The notes: a model not told the origin generated them from the sequence alone. Shown: positions 21,708-30,020, counted from the stretch's first letter. The stretch is 35,687 bases of DNA from Candidatus Falkowbacteria bacterium (GCA_030600505.1 JAUVLY010000001.1:1-35687), one strand, 5' to 3'. Numbers and translations are program-made.

Positions 21708-22436
21708 ATGGTTGACAAACAGGGGTTAAAAATTGTATGGCTGTTAATTTTTTGCTTTAGCCTGGCTGGACTCAGTTCAGGGTGTATTCAACGAAAAACA
21801 ACTACCATTGCGCAGGAAGATGAATGGGAAAAAGAGGTTCTTTATGCCCGGGAATGCGGTATGGACGGCCTGCCCTGCTGCCAGAATAAAGACCAGCCAT
21901 GTTTATACGCCCAGCTATGTTGCACGGATCCAAACAATCCGGATCGAAATCATTGCAGGGATGAGTGCGAGTGTGGAGTTAAAGGCGCTTTTTGTTGCGC
22001 TAGCGATCCAGAGTGCGGTGATGGCTTAGCTTGTTTTGCCGGCTATTGCGTAGAGTGTGGGGGGATCAGCGACCCTTGTTGCGACACGGGCCTGGCCTGC
22101 GGCGGGGATTTGGTTTGTAATAAAGAGATTTGTACGGTTTGCGGCAACCCAGGCAACCCTTGCTGTACTAGCGGTATTGCTTGCAATAATCAGGAAAAAC
22201 GTGACTCTAGCCGCACCGAATGCCGCAGTGGGGCATGTATTTATTGCGGCGCTAACTCCAAGATAGCCTGTCAATTTGAGCCGGTTTGCGCGCCGGCGCA
22301 TTTACTTAATAATAATTTTTGTTACCCTTGCGGCGGGCCGAATCAGCCCTGTTGTAATGAATCGTCTGGAGTTGACTATGATTGCAATAAGGTCTTAGAG
22401 TTAGTTTGTGAATTGGGGTTCTGCACCAAGAAATAA
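21708..22436 (+). CDS. secreted or lipid-anchored cysteine-rich repeat protein
   Basis: 242 aa. Signal ending LAGLSSGC (lipobox-like). I count about 38 Cys. Five or six modules of the form PCC-x(3-6)-[AL]C-x(4-9)-C-x(2-5)-C-x(1-2)-CG. Confidence 0.7.
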   Translation: MVDKQGLKIVWLLIFCFSLAGLSSGCIQRKTTTIAQEDEWEKEVLYARECGMDGLPCCQNKDQPCLYAQLCCTDPNNPDRNHCRDECECGVKGAFCCASDPECGDGLACFAGYCVECGGISDPCCDTGLACGGDLVCNKEICTVCGNPGNPCCTSGIACNNQEKRDSSRTECRSGACIYCGANSKIACQFEPVCAPAHLLNNNFCYPCGGPNQPCCNESSGVDYDCNKVLELVCELGFCTKK

Positions 22437-22543
22437 GAAAAATAAGATAAATAATAAAAAATAAGATAAATAAGAAAAATAAGATATAATTTTGCTTATA
22501 AATCATATTTTTCTTTTTATACTTATTTATCTTTTTATAAATT
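22437..22543. repeat. AT-rich imperfect hairpin element, family copy 1
   Basis: Fills the gap between the stop at 22436 and the ATG at 22544 exactly. Shares the 19-nt word AATAAGATAAATAATAAAA (22441-22459) and the 17-nt word TCATATTTTTCTTTTTA (22503-22519) with 33700-33796. Confidence 0.7.
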
Positions 22544-22771
22544 ATGATTTCATTATTCAAGGAGATTAATAAAAAGTTCAATGGCTTAATTTGGTCACTT
22601 ATTTCTACCGGCGTGATTTTACTTTTACTGTCGGTTTTGATAGTTTGGACCGATTTTATGCTTAGATTGGTGTTTGGCTTGATTGTGTTGGTAATCGCCT
22701 ATGTCTTTCTTTACGGCGCTTACAAAATTCACGCGTTTAAAAAAGACATTGAGAGACATTTTAAATTATAA
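22544..22771 (+). CDS. small two-TM membrane protein
   Basis: 75 aa with two hydrophobic helices (LIWSLISTGVILLLLSVLIVW and LVFGLIVLVIAYVFLYGAY). Confidence 0.5.
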   Translation: MISLFKEINKKFNGLIWSLISTGVILLLLSVLIVWTDFMLRLVFGLIVLVIAYVFLYGAYKIHAFKKDIERHFKL

Positions 22772-22856
22772 TAGACAACAGAAAACAGACAACAGAAAAC
22801 AGACCCAAAATTTTATTTATGTTGTCACATTTTTGACTTCTATTTATTAGATTATT

Positions 22857-23318
22857 ATGAAAAAAATATTAATTGTATCTTTTTTTGCGATTATACTATT
22901 TTCAGCTTGTAGCAAACAGCCCAACATGGACGAGCAAGCGGATGATGGGAAATATCATTATCGCAATAATGAACTTGGTTTTAGTATTGATTTTCCCGAG
23001 GAATTTGTTTATTACCAAACCCAACGAAAAAATTATCAAGAATATGTTGTTATGGAATATTTTGTGCCGACTAATGATGTCGATTATCCTATGGATGTGC
23101 CCAGTTATGCCAAGCCGGTTGAAGTGCGGATATTTTTGAGTGAAAATTGGGAGGAGATATTGGAGGGGGAGATAAGCGGTGCAGAATATATTAAGCTGGG
23201 CGAGAAAGACGGGCAAATTTATACTATTAAATTCTGGGAGCGTATTCCCAGTGATTGGACCCAGCGCTGGAATGATGAGCTTAAACAAGAGATAATTGAT
23301 TCATTCGAAATAAAATAA
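22857..23318 (+). CDS. putative lipoprotein
   Basis: 153 aa. Signal MKKILIVSFFAIILFSAC with a lipobox-like FSAC. Acidic mature domain. Confidence 0.6.
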   Translation: MKKILIVSFFAIILFSACSKQPNMDEQADDGKYHYRNNELGFSIDFPEEFVYYQTQRKNYQEYVVMEYFVPTNDVDYPMDVPSYAKPVEVRIFLSENWEEILEGEISGAEYIKLGEKDGQIYTIKFWERIPSDWTQRWNDELKQEIIDSFEIK

Positions 23319-23319
23319 T

Positions 23320-24984
23320 ATGGTTAATCCAATTCTTACAAAAAAAGAAGACAATCCGGTTTCTACACCCAGCAAAAACGCCAAGCGGCTTTTTCAGGCG
23401 GTTTATTACGCGCAAAATCCACCGGCTAAAGAGCAAAAAGATATTCCGCGGCTTTCGGTTTCCTCCGTGGTTTCAAAAATGGCGTTTTATTACGAGAAGA
23501 TCCGTAATACGGTTGAGTATAAAGAAGAGCATTTACTTAGAAAAAACGCGATTGAACGCATTTTGAAAAGGCAAATTGTAATTGAAGGCGCCATTAGCCC
23601 GGGGGCAAAGGGCGCGGAAATTGCCGAGCATTTACTGACCGAGCTGATTCGGGCGGGGTATTTACCGAATAATACTATTCCGGAAACAAAGATCAGTGAA
23701 TTCGGCCAGGTGATTGATAAGTATATATCGCTCAGGCGCTACGCGGTCGAAGACTATAAGTCATTGCAAATTAAAGAGCGTAACGCGCTAACCAATTGGA
23801 TCATGGCTTTGGCGGCCAGCGATATGGAGGAGCGCTTGGGGCGCAGCCAGGTTGATTTAGTAGTTATTGACTATATGTACCAGACCCTGCTTGACGATAT
23901 CAGCCTGGAGGATGCCCTTGAGTACGAGATTGACCGGGAGATTCAGATATTTGTCGCCATTCATCGCTCATACCTTAAATTTGACAGGGAGATGCTAAGT
24001 TTTATTTTGTTAAAATATTTTCATCCCAATTGGCTTAAAGCCAATGAAGAAGAAATCGCTGATGTCGGGAAAAACATTCTGGCTATTAAAAAATCAATTG
24101 AAGGTCAAATTGACCACCCTTTGACGCCTCAGCTTAATCGGATTGTCAGCCGCTATACCGTATTTTTTCAAATTTTAAATGACGTAATCGCGAATAATCC
24201 GGTTAAGGTTTATGAAGGTTTTTTTAAAGATCCGGTGGCCTTCTCTCGCATGATCAAGCAGGCGGCCGGTAAAAAGTACCACGATGCCAAGTCCAAGCTG
24301 TGGCGGGCGGCTGTCAGAAGTATCCTTTATATTTTTATTACTAAATCATTTTTTGCTTTTATTTTGGAGATTCCGGCTACCCGTTGGTTTGGTGAAGAGA
24401 TCAATCCAATATCTTTGTTTATTAATGTAACCTTTCCGGCGGTTTTACTTTTCTTAATTGTATTATTCTCCCGTATGCCGAGTGAAGATAATTCACTAAA
24501 GATCATTGAAGGGATTAAGGAAATAGTGTTTGAAGAAAACCAAAGAAAAGAGCCCCACCGCTTGCGCCAGCCGGCTAAGCGCAGTGCGTTTTCCAATTCA
24601 ATGTTTGGGATAATTTACGCGATTACTTTTTTCCTGTCTTTTGGCGCGGTTGTCTGGGTCTTAAACGCGATTCATTTTAGCGTTGTTTCAATAATAATTT
24701 TCCTTTTCTTCCTGGCCTTGGTCAGTTTCTTTTCCATCCGTATCCACAAGAACGCCAAAGAGCTCTTAATATTACCACCCAAGGAAAATGTATTTAGTTT
24801 TATCGCGGATTTTTTCTACGTCCCGATTGTTAGCGCCGGTAAATGGTTAAGCGAGAATTTCTCTAAGGTTAATGTCTTTGTTTTTGTCCTTGATTTTATT
24901 ATTGAAGCGCCATTCAAGGTGTTTGTTGCCATTACCGAAGAATGGACCAGGTATGTTAAGGAAAGGAAAGATGAGATAGTTTAA
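23320..24984 (+). CDS. large membrane protein, unknown function
   Basis: 554 aa. Soluble helical N-terminal roughly 330 aa followed by about 5 TM helices. The start is 1 nt after the preceding stop. Confidence 0.6.
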   Translation: MVNPILTKKEDNPVSTPSKNAKRLFQAVYYAQNPPAKEQKDIPRLSVSSVVSKMAFYYEKIRNTVEYKEEHLLRKNAIERILKRQIVIEGAISPGAKGAEIAEHLLTELIRAGYLPNNTIPETKISEFGQVIDKYISLRRYAVEDYKSLQIKERNALTNWIMALAASDMEERLGRSQVDLVVIDYMYQTLLDDISLEDALEYEIDREIQIFVAIHRSYLKFDREMLSFILLKYFHPNWLKANEEEIADVGKNILAIKKSIEGQIDHPLTPQLNRIVSRYTVFFQILNDVIANNPVKVYEGFFKDPVAFSRMIKQAAGKKYHDAKSKLWRAAVRSILYIFITKSFFAFILEIPATRWFGEEINPISLFINVTFPAVLLFLIVLFSRMPSEDNSLKIIEGIKEIVFEENQRKEPHRLRQPAKRSAFSNSMFGIIYAITFFLSFGAVVWVLNAIHFSVVSIIIFLFFLALVSFFSIRIHKNAKELLILPPKENVFSFIADFFYVPIVSAGKWLSENFSKVNVFVFVLDFIIEAPFKVFVAITEEWTRYVKERKDEIV

Positions 24985-25213
24985 TTAGGTTTTAGCTTTT
25001 AGGTTTTAGCTTTTAGGTTTTAGCTTTTAGGTTTTAGCTTTTAGCTTTTAGGTTTTAGGTTTTAGCTTTTAGGTTTTAGCTTTTAGGTTTTAGCTTTTAG
25101 GTTTTAGCTTTTAGGTTTTAGGTTTTAGAGTTGACCTATAACCTACAACCTATAACCTATAACCTACAACCTATAACCTACAACCTATAACCTAAAACCT
25201 AACACCTAACAGT
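24985..25213. repeat. roughly 230-bp palindrome built from tandem 14-16-nt units
   Basis: The left arm is about 9 units of TTAGGTTTTAGCTTT (24985 to about 25130). The centre is AGAGTTGACC. The right arm is units of CTATAACCTACAAC (25137-25213). Arms are about 80% complementary by eye (13 of 16 in the aligned unit). Confidence 0.8.
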
Positions 25214-25219
25214 TTAAGG

Positions 25220-25996
25220 ATGCCCACACTTTACATTGTTGCCACGCCAATTGGTAACTTAGAAGATATTAGTATGAGAGCGCTTCGCATTTTGGGCGAA
25301 GTTGATTTTATATTATGCGAAGATACGCGGGTGACCGCTAAGCTGCTTTCGCATTACAGTGTTAAAACCCCGACCATTTCTTATCACCAGCATTCCAGTG
25401 AAAAAAAACAAGCGCGTATTTTAAATTTACTTAAAGACGGCAATAGCTTGGCTCTGGTAAGTGACGCCGGTACACCCGGGATATCCGACCCGGGCGGCAA
25501 GCTGGTGCAAGCGGTGATTGAAAAATTTAATGCGTCTGTACGGGTTGAATCAGTGCCTGGGCCATCTGCCGTAACCGCCGCTTTGTCCATTTCCGGTATC
25601 CCGACCGACAAATATGTGTTTATGGGTTTTCCGCCCCACAAAAAGGGCCGCCAAACTTTTATTGAACGGATTACTGATTCAATTTACCCGGTAGTGGTCT
25701 ATGAATCCAAACACCGGATTATTAAATTTTTAGAAGAATTAAAAGATTTAAATAAAAAAATCATTAAAAAAAATCAGGCAATCGACGATTCTGTAGAGGT
25801 GCGCCATGGCGCGTCTAAAAAGAAAAAAGAATTAAAATTGCAAAAGCGCACTCCGGTTACATCAGTCGTGGTTTGCCGCGAGCTTAGTAAAATGCACGAA
25901 ACCGTTTATCGCGGCGGCCTGGATCATATTACCGAGCAGATAAAAAATAATCAAGACGACCAAAAAGGGGAGTTTGTCGTGATAGTTGGGAAATAA
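25220..25996 (+). CDS. rsmI: 16S rRNA (cytidine1402-2'-O)-methyltransferase RsmI
   Basis: LYIVATPIGNLEDISMRALRILGEVDFILCEDTRVTAKLL, SDAGTPGISDPG and VPGPSAVTAAL. 258 aa with a Lys-rich insertion near residues 185-215. Confidence 0.9.
   Translation: MPTLYIVATPIGNLEDISMRALRILGEVDFILCEDTRVTAKLLSHYSVKTPTISYHQHSSEKKQARILNLLKDGNSLALVSDAGTPGISDPGGKLVQAVIEKFNASVRVESVPGPSAVTAALSISGIPTDKYVFMGFPPHKKGRQTFIERITDSIYPVVVYESKHRIIKFLEELKDLNKKIIKKNQAIDDSVEVRHGASKKKKELKLQKRTPVTSVVVCRELSKMHETVYRGGLDHITEQIKNNQDDQKGEFVVIVGK
25793..25819 (+). repeat. GTAGAG-headed palindromic (REP-like) element, in frame within rsmI
   Basis: GTAGAGGT-GCGCCATGGCGC-GTCTAAA encodes VEVRHGASK. It has the same GTAGAG...GTCTA frame as 34006-34032 and 34806-34833. 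Confidence 0.6.
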
Positions 25997-26041
25997 TTTC
26001 TCGTAACGTGGAACTCATAACTCATAACTCAAATAGATTAA

Positions 26042-26482
26042 ATGAAAAATATTGAGAGATTTGAAAAATATATTGTTAGCCAAAAAGCGGTTTTAATAAG
26101 AGATAGTAAGGTTTTGATTGTGGAGTTTACCAATAAAAAAATGGGCTGGGATATTCCGGGCGGAAGATTAGACAAAGGTGAGACCGGAGAGTTAGCTTTT
26201 AGGCGCGAAATAGAGGAGGAATTAGGTTTTAGAGAATTTGAAAATTTAGGGGTGGTTGATTATGATATTTGGTTTACTTCGGATAATATTCCTATTTGCG
26301 GAATTGCTAATTTAATAAGAAACGACAACGATGATATTCAATTAAGCCTTGAACATGGAGATATGCGCTGGATAGACGAAGAAGATATTGATAAATATAA
26401 ATATCTTTGGCCAGAGTTAAGAAGAATGATAAAAAAAGGGTTTGAAAAATATAAAATGTTAAAAGAATTAAATCAAATATAA
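26042..26482 (+). CDS. NUDIX hydrolase
   Basis: 146 aa with Nudix box GGRLDKGETGELAFRREIEEELG. Confidence 0.85.
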   Translation: MKNIERFEKYIVSQKAVLIRDSKVLIVEFTNKKMGWDIPGGRLDKGETGELAFRREIEEELGFREFENLGVVDYDIWFTSDNIPICGIANLIRNDNDDIQLSLEHGDMRWIDEEDIDKYKYLWPELRRMIKKGFEKYKMLKELNQI

Positions 26483-26483
26483 G

Positions 26484-27917
26484 ATGGATAAAAATAAATT
26501 TTATATAACTACAACCCTGCCGTATGTGAATGCCAATCCGCATATTGGTTTTGCGGCTGAGATTATTCGGGCCGATGTGCTGGCCAGATTTGCCCGCATG
26601 CAGAGCAAGGATGTATTTTTTAATACCGGTACGGATGAACATGGATTAAAACTATTCACCAAAGCCAAAAAGCAGGGAATTGAAGTAAAAAAATATTGTG
26701 ATAAATACGCGGCTAAATTTGATAATCTTAAAAAAGCGCTTAATTTGAGTTATGATAATTTTATCCGTACCACTGACGAGCATCACATAAAAGCGGCGCA
26801 GGAATTTTGGAAACGATGCGATGTCAACGGCGATATCTATAAAAAAAATTATAAGATGAAATATTGTATTGGCTGTGAATCAGTTAAGACCGATTCTGAG
26901 CTTGATAAAGGTGAATGTCCTGATCACCCGGGTAAAAAGATAGAGATCATTGAAGAAGAAAATTATTTTTTCAAATGGTCAAATTATCAGGAAAAGCTAT
27001 TAAAATTTTATAAAAAAAATTCTGATTTTGTTGTTCCAGGCCATAGATTAAATGAAATAAGAAAATTTGTAGAACGAGGGTTGGAGGATTTTAGTATTTC
27101 AAGATTAAAAAGCAAGATGCCATGGGGGGTGCCGGTTCCCGGGGACGATGAACATGTTATGTATGTCTGGTTTGACGCTTTGGTTAATTATGTATCCGCT
27201 TTGGGCTGGCCCAATGAAGACGGTAAATATAAAGAATTTTGGCCAGGCATGCAAGTGGCGGGTAAGGATAATCTAAGGTTCCAAACAGCCATGTGGCAAG
27301 CCATGCTCATGTCTGCCGGCCTGCCTAATTCTACGCAAGTGCTTATTTTTGGTTTTATAACTTCAGGCGGACAAAAAATGAGCAAATCAATCGGCAATGT
27401 TGTTAACCCGCTTGATCTGGTTGAGCGGTATGGTACAGATGCAACGCGTTATTATCTACTGGCTGAGCTTAAGCCTTTTGAAGACTCAGATTATACAAAA
27501 GAAAAATTTGAAACAAGGTATATGGCCGATCTGGCAAATGGCATTGGTAATTTAGTTGCCCGTACTTCAAATTTGCTTGAAAAGAATGAGATTGAGCTGG
27601 ATATAAAACCAGGAAGCGACAAGGAATTGTTAGGAGCAATAAATTTACAAATGCAAAAATATTGCTTTGATGAAGCTTTAAAAGTACTTTGGGCAAAGTT
27701 AAGGGAAATGGATGAGTTTATTACAGCCAAAGCGCCCTGGAAAATAAAAGATAAAAATGAAATAAAAAAAGTATTAGAAGTAGTTGCTCAGAATATTTTA
27801 AATGTGTCTGTGTTATTACAGCCTTTTATGCCAGCCACTGCCGATAAGATAATGAAGCAATTTAGTGAGCAGCAAATCAAAAAAGGCGAGTCGTTATTTC
27901 CGCGATTAGAAAATTAA
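26484..27917 (+). CDS. metG: methionine--tRNA ligase (short form, no C-terminal tRNA-binding appendix)
   Basis: 477 aa. HIGH-type motif NPHIGF. Zinc knuckle CIGCESV...CPDHPG. KMSKS motif present. The start is 1 nt after the NUDIX stop. Confidence 0.9.
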   Translation: MDKNKFYITTTLPYVNANPHIGFAAEIIRADVLARFARMQSKDVFFNTGTDEHGLKLFTKAKKQGIEVKKYCDKYAAKFDNLKKALNLSYDNFIRTTDEHHIKAAQEFWKRCDVNGDIYKKNYKMKYCIGCESVKTDSELDKGECPDHPGKKIEIIEEENYFFKWSNYQEKLLKFYKKNSDFVVPGHRLNEIRKFVERGLEDFSISRLKSKMPWGVPVPGDDEHVMYVWFDALVNYVSALGWPNEDGKYKEFWPGMQVAGKDNLRFQTAMWQAMLMSAGLPNSTQVLIFGFITSGGQKMSKSIGNVVNPLDLVERYGTDATRYYLLAELKPFEDSDYTKEKFETRYMADLANGIGNLVARTSNLLEKNEIELDIKPGSDKELLGAINLQMQKYCFDEALKVLWAKLREMDEFITAKAPWKIKDKNEIKKVLEVVAQNILNVSVLLQPFMPATADKIMKQFSEQQIKKGESLFPRLEN

Positions 27918-27922
27918 CGTTA

Positions 27923-27977
27923 TTTTCCCTGGCGGGAAAAGCCGCGCTACAAATGCGGCACATACGAATTTAAAATT
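27923..27977 (+). repeat. two-hairpin + RCGAAT repeat, copy D
   Basis: TTTTCCC-TGGC-GGGAAAA (27923-27940). GCCGCG-CTACAAA-TGCGGC (27941-27959). ACATACGAAT (27960-27969) then TTAAAATT. It sits between the metG stop (27917) and the next ATG (27994). Confidence 0.7.
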
Positions 27978-27993
27978 AATTATTTAAAAAATT

Positions 27994-29412
27994 ATGAACA
28001 AAACAAAGATCATTTCATTTATTCTTGTTTCCAGCTTTGTTATGGCTGGTTTTGCCGGAGCCACCTGCACTACTTGCGGAACTGAGGAAACCCCCGTCAG
28101 TAGCGTTAACTCTATTACCCTTACAGGAGAGGGTGCGAATATTAGCTGGAGTGTGGATGGTTATTCAAGCAAGGGTTTTAAAGTGTCCTGGTCAAAGAAT
28201 TCCGGGCCGACTTATCCGACCAGGAGTGGGGACAAATATCATTATTATTCCAGTCCCAGCCAAACTTCAGACACTCTAACGGCTTTTTCCGGTGACGGCA
28301 CATATTACGTGCGGGTTTGCGAATATTTAAGTGGAAAGTGTGGCGTTTATTCTAATGAGATCAGCGTAGTATTAGGTGATGGCACAAGCGATGAGCCAGT
28401 CGCCTGCACTATGGAATATGATCCGGTTTGCGGCAAAGACGGCAAGACTTATTCAAATAAGTGCATGGCCGAGGCCGCCGGGACATATAAAGCTTATTAC
28501 GGCGAATGTACAAATACCTCCGGTGGAGTTGAGTCAATTACTTTAATAAGCAAAGGAGAGTCAGCAATAAAATGGAGCGTAGACGGATACAGTACTAAAG
28601 GCTTTAAAGTCGTTTGGTCTAAGAACGAGCATCCGACATATCCGACCAGAGAGGGCGACAAATACAAATATTTTTCTGACCCAAATTATTATTACACAGT
28701 TTTGTCTGCTTTTTCCGGTGATGGTACATACTATGTCCGCGTCTGTGAATATCTGGGCGGTGCGTGCGGCGTGTATTCAAATGAAATAGCAATTACACTG
28801 GAAAGCGACGCACAGATAAAAGACATAGAGGAAAATGCAAAAACATTAGTTAATAATGATTTGGAGAAAATTTTGGCTGAGCTCCAGGAGCTAAGAAATT
28901 TGGTTAGGGAACAACAGACGCAAATACTTCACTTGCAAAAGCTGCTTATTGGCGTTGCGGCCGTAACCGACGCCATGCAGAATTCAATTAACAGTTTTAT
29001 CACCTATGGCGTGGATGACAATACTAAAAGATTGGGCGAAGGGGAGCGGGCCGCAGTAATGTATTCTTTTAAATCTGCTTTTGGCAAATTGCCGGAAGAT
29101 GAGACGGAAATGGCGGACGCGATCAAAATCGCCAATGGCCGCTGGCCAATTAAAATCAGTGAGGCCGCGGAAAACAAGGCTAAGGAAAAATTTGAGTTTA
29201 TTTACAAACGCGCGGCCAGCGCGGGCCAGGTAAACGATGACGCGGCCGTGGTAGTCATGGCCTATGGCCTGCGGCAAAAAGCCGAGAACCGGAATCTTAA
29301 TTCAGAAAAAAACGGCCTAAAGATTTTTAAAGATATTTATGGTTATCTACCGGAATCAACCGAAGATTGGAATATCTTGCAAGCCATAACTTATAGTGGC
29401 GCTACAAGATAA
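27994..29412 (+). CDS. secreted protein: two paralogous beta-domains flanking a Kazal-like domain, plus a helical C-terminal region
   Basis: 472 aa with a signal peptide. Repeat 1 at 28105-28377 and repeat 2 at 28528-28803 share ...WSVDGYS.KGFKV.WSKN..PTYPTR.GDKY.Y...FSGDGTYYVRVCEYL.G.CGVYSNEI. Kazal-like CTMEYDPVCGKDGKTYSNKCMAEAAGTYKAYYGEC lies at 28405-28509. Confidence 0.75.
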   Translation: MNKTKIISFILVSSFVMAGFAGATCTTCGTEETPVSSVNSITLTGEGANISWSVDGYSSKGFKVSWSKNSGPTYPTRSGDKYHYYSSPSQTSDTLTAFSGDGTYYVRVCEYLSGKCGVYSNEISVVLGDGTSDEPVACTMEYDPVCGKDGKTYSNKCMAEAAGTYKAYYGECTNTSGGVESITLISKGESAIKWSVDGYSTKGFKVVWSKNEHPTYPTREGDKYKYFSDPNYYYTVLSAFSGDGTYYVRVCEYLGGACGVYSNEIAITLESDAQIKDIEENAKTLVNNDLEKILAELQELRNLVREQQTQILHLQKLLIGVAAVTDAMQNSINSFITYGVDDNTKRLGEGERAAVMYSFKSAFGKLPEDETEMADAIKIANGRWPIKISEAAENKAKEKFEFIYKRAASAGQVNDDAAVVVMAYGLRQKAENRNLNSEKNGLKIFKDIYGYLPESTEDWNILQAITYSGATR

Positions 29413-29501
29413 TTTTAATTTGAAATAATTAATTAGAAATTGAAAAATTAGATATTGAAAATTGTTTAGAAATTAAAAATTAAAAATTAAAAATTCTAAA
29501 C

Positions 29502-30020
29502 ATGCTACCTATTATTGATGTCATTTTAGTGGTTTTATTATCCGGCTTTATTTTTTATGGCCTGTTTTTCGGCTTGATCCGTACTTTTGGCGCTTTTATG
29601 GGCGTGATTGTCGGGGCAATCCTGGCTAGCCGGCTTTATCTTTTTATAGCTGATTTTATTGAGCCGCTTTTTTTTGGTTATAATAATCTTGGCAAAGTCC
29701 TTACTTTTATGGTCCTTTTTTCCATCATTAATCGCCTAGTCGGCCTTGGCTTTTATTTACTTGAGAAGATATTCAATGTTATTTCCATTATTCCTTTTCT
29801 TAAGACCATTAATCGTTTGGGCGGTGCTATTCTCGGCTTCCTGACCGGCGCCTTAACTATCGGCTTACTTCTCTTTGTGATTTCGCGCTACACTTTACTT
29901 GACACTTTCTTAGGCATTTGGCTCAAGGATTCACTCCTGGCCCCGATGTTCCTTAAATTCAACGATTTGCTTTTACCCTTACTCCCTGAGGTACTAAAGA
30001 AATTACAAAGTTTGTTATAA
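29502..30020 (+). CDS. cvpA: CvpA family membrane protein
   Basis: 172 aa, 4 TM helices. N-terminus IIDVILVVLLSGFIFYGLFFGLIRTFGAFMG is typical of the colicin V production protein family. Confidence 0.7.
   Translation: MLPIIDVILVVLLSGFIFYGLFFGLIRTFGAFMGVIVGAILASRLYLFIADFIEPLFFGYNNLGKVLTFMVLFSIINRLVGLGFYLLEKIFNVISIIPFLKTINRLGGAILGFLTGALTIGLLLFVISRYTLLDTFLGIWLKDSLLAPMFLKFNDLLLPLLPEVLKKLQSLL

Noticed and set aside
22306-22581. ORF 22306..22581 (-) and the alternative-frame ORFs 21808..22029, 22026..22301 and 22057..22266.
   Set aside because: The first is translated from the low-complexity AT-rich hairpin cassette. The others are off-frame within the Cys-rich gene, whose own frame shows a regular Cys-module periodicity.
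24985-25213. The tandem repeat block considered as a CRISPR array.
   Set aside because: Units are 14-16 nt and contiguous with no unique spacers. The second half is the inverted complement of the first. No cas genes are nearby.
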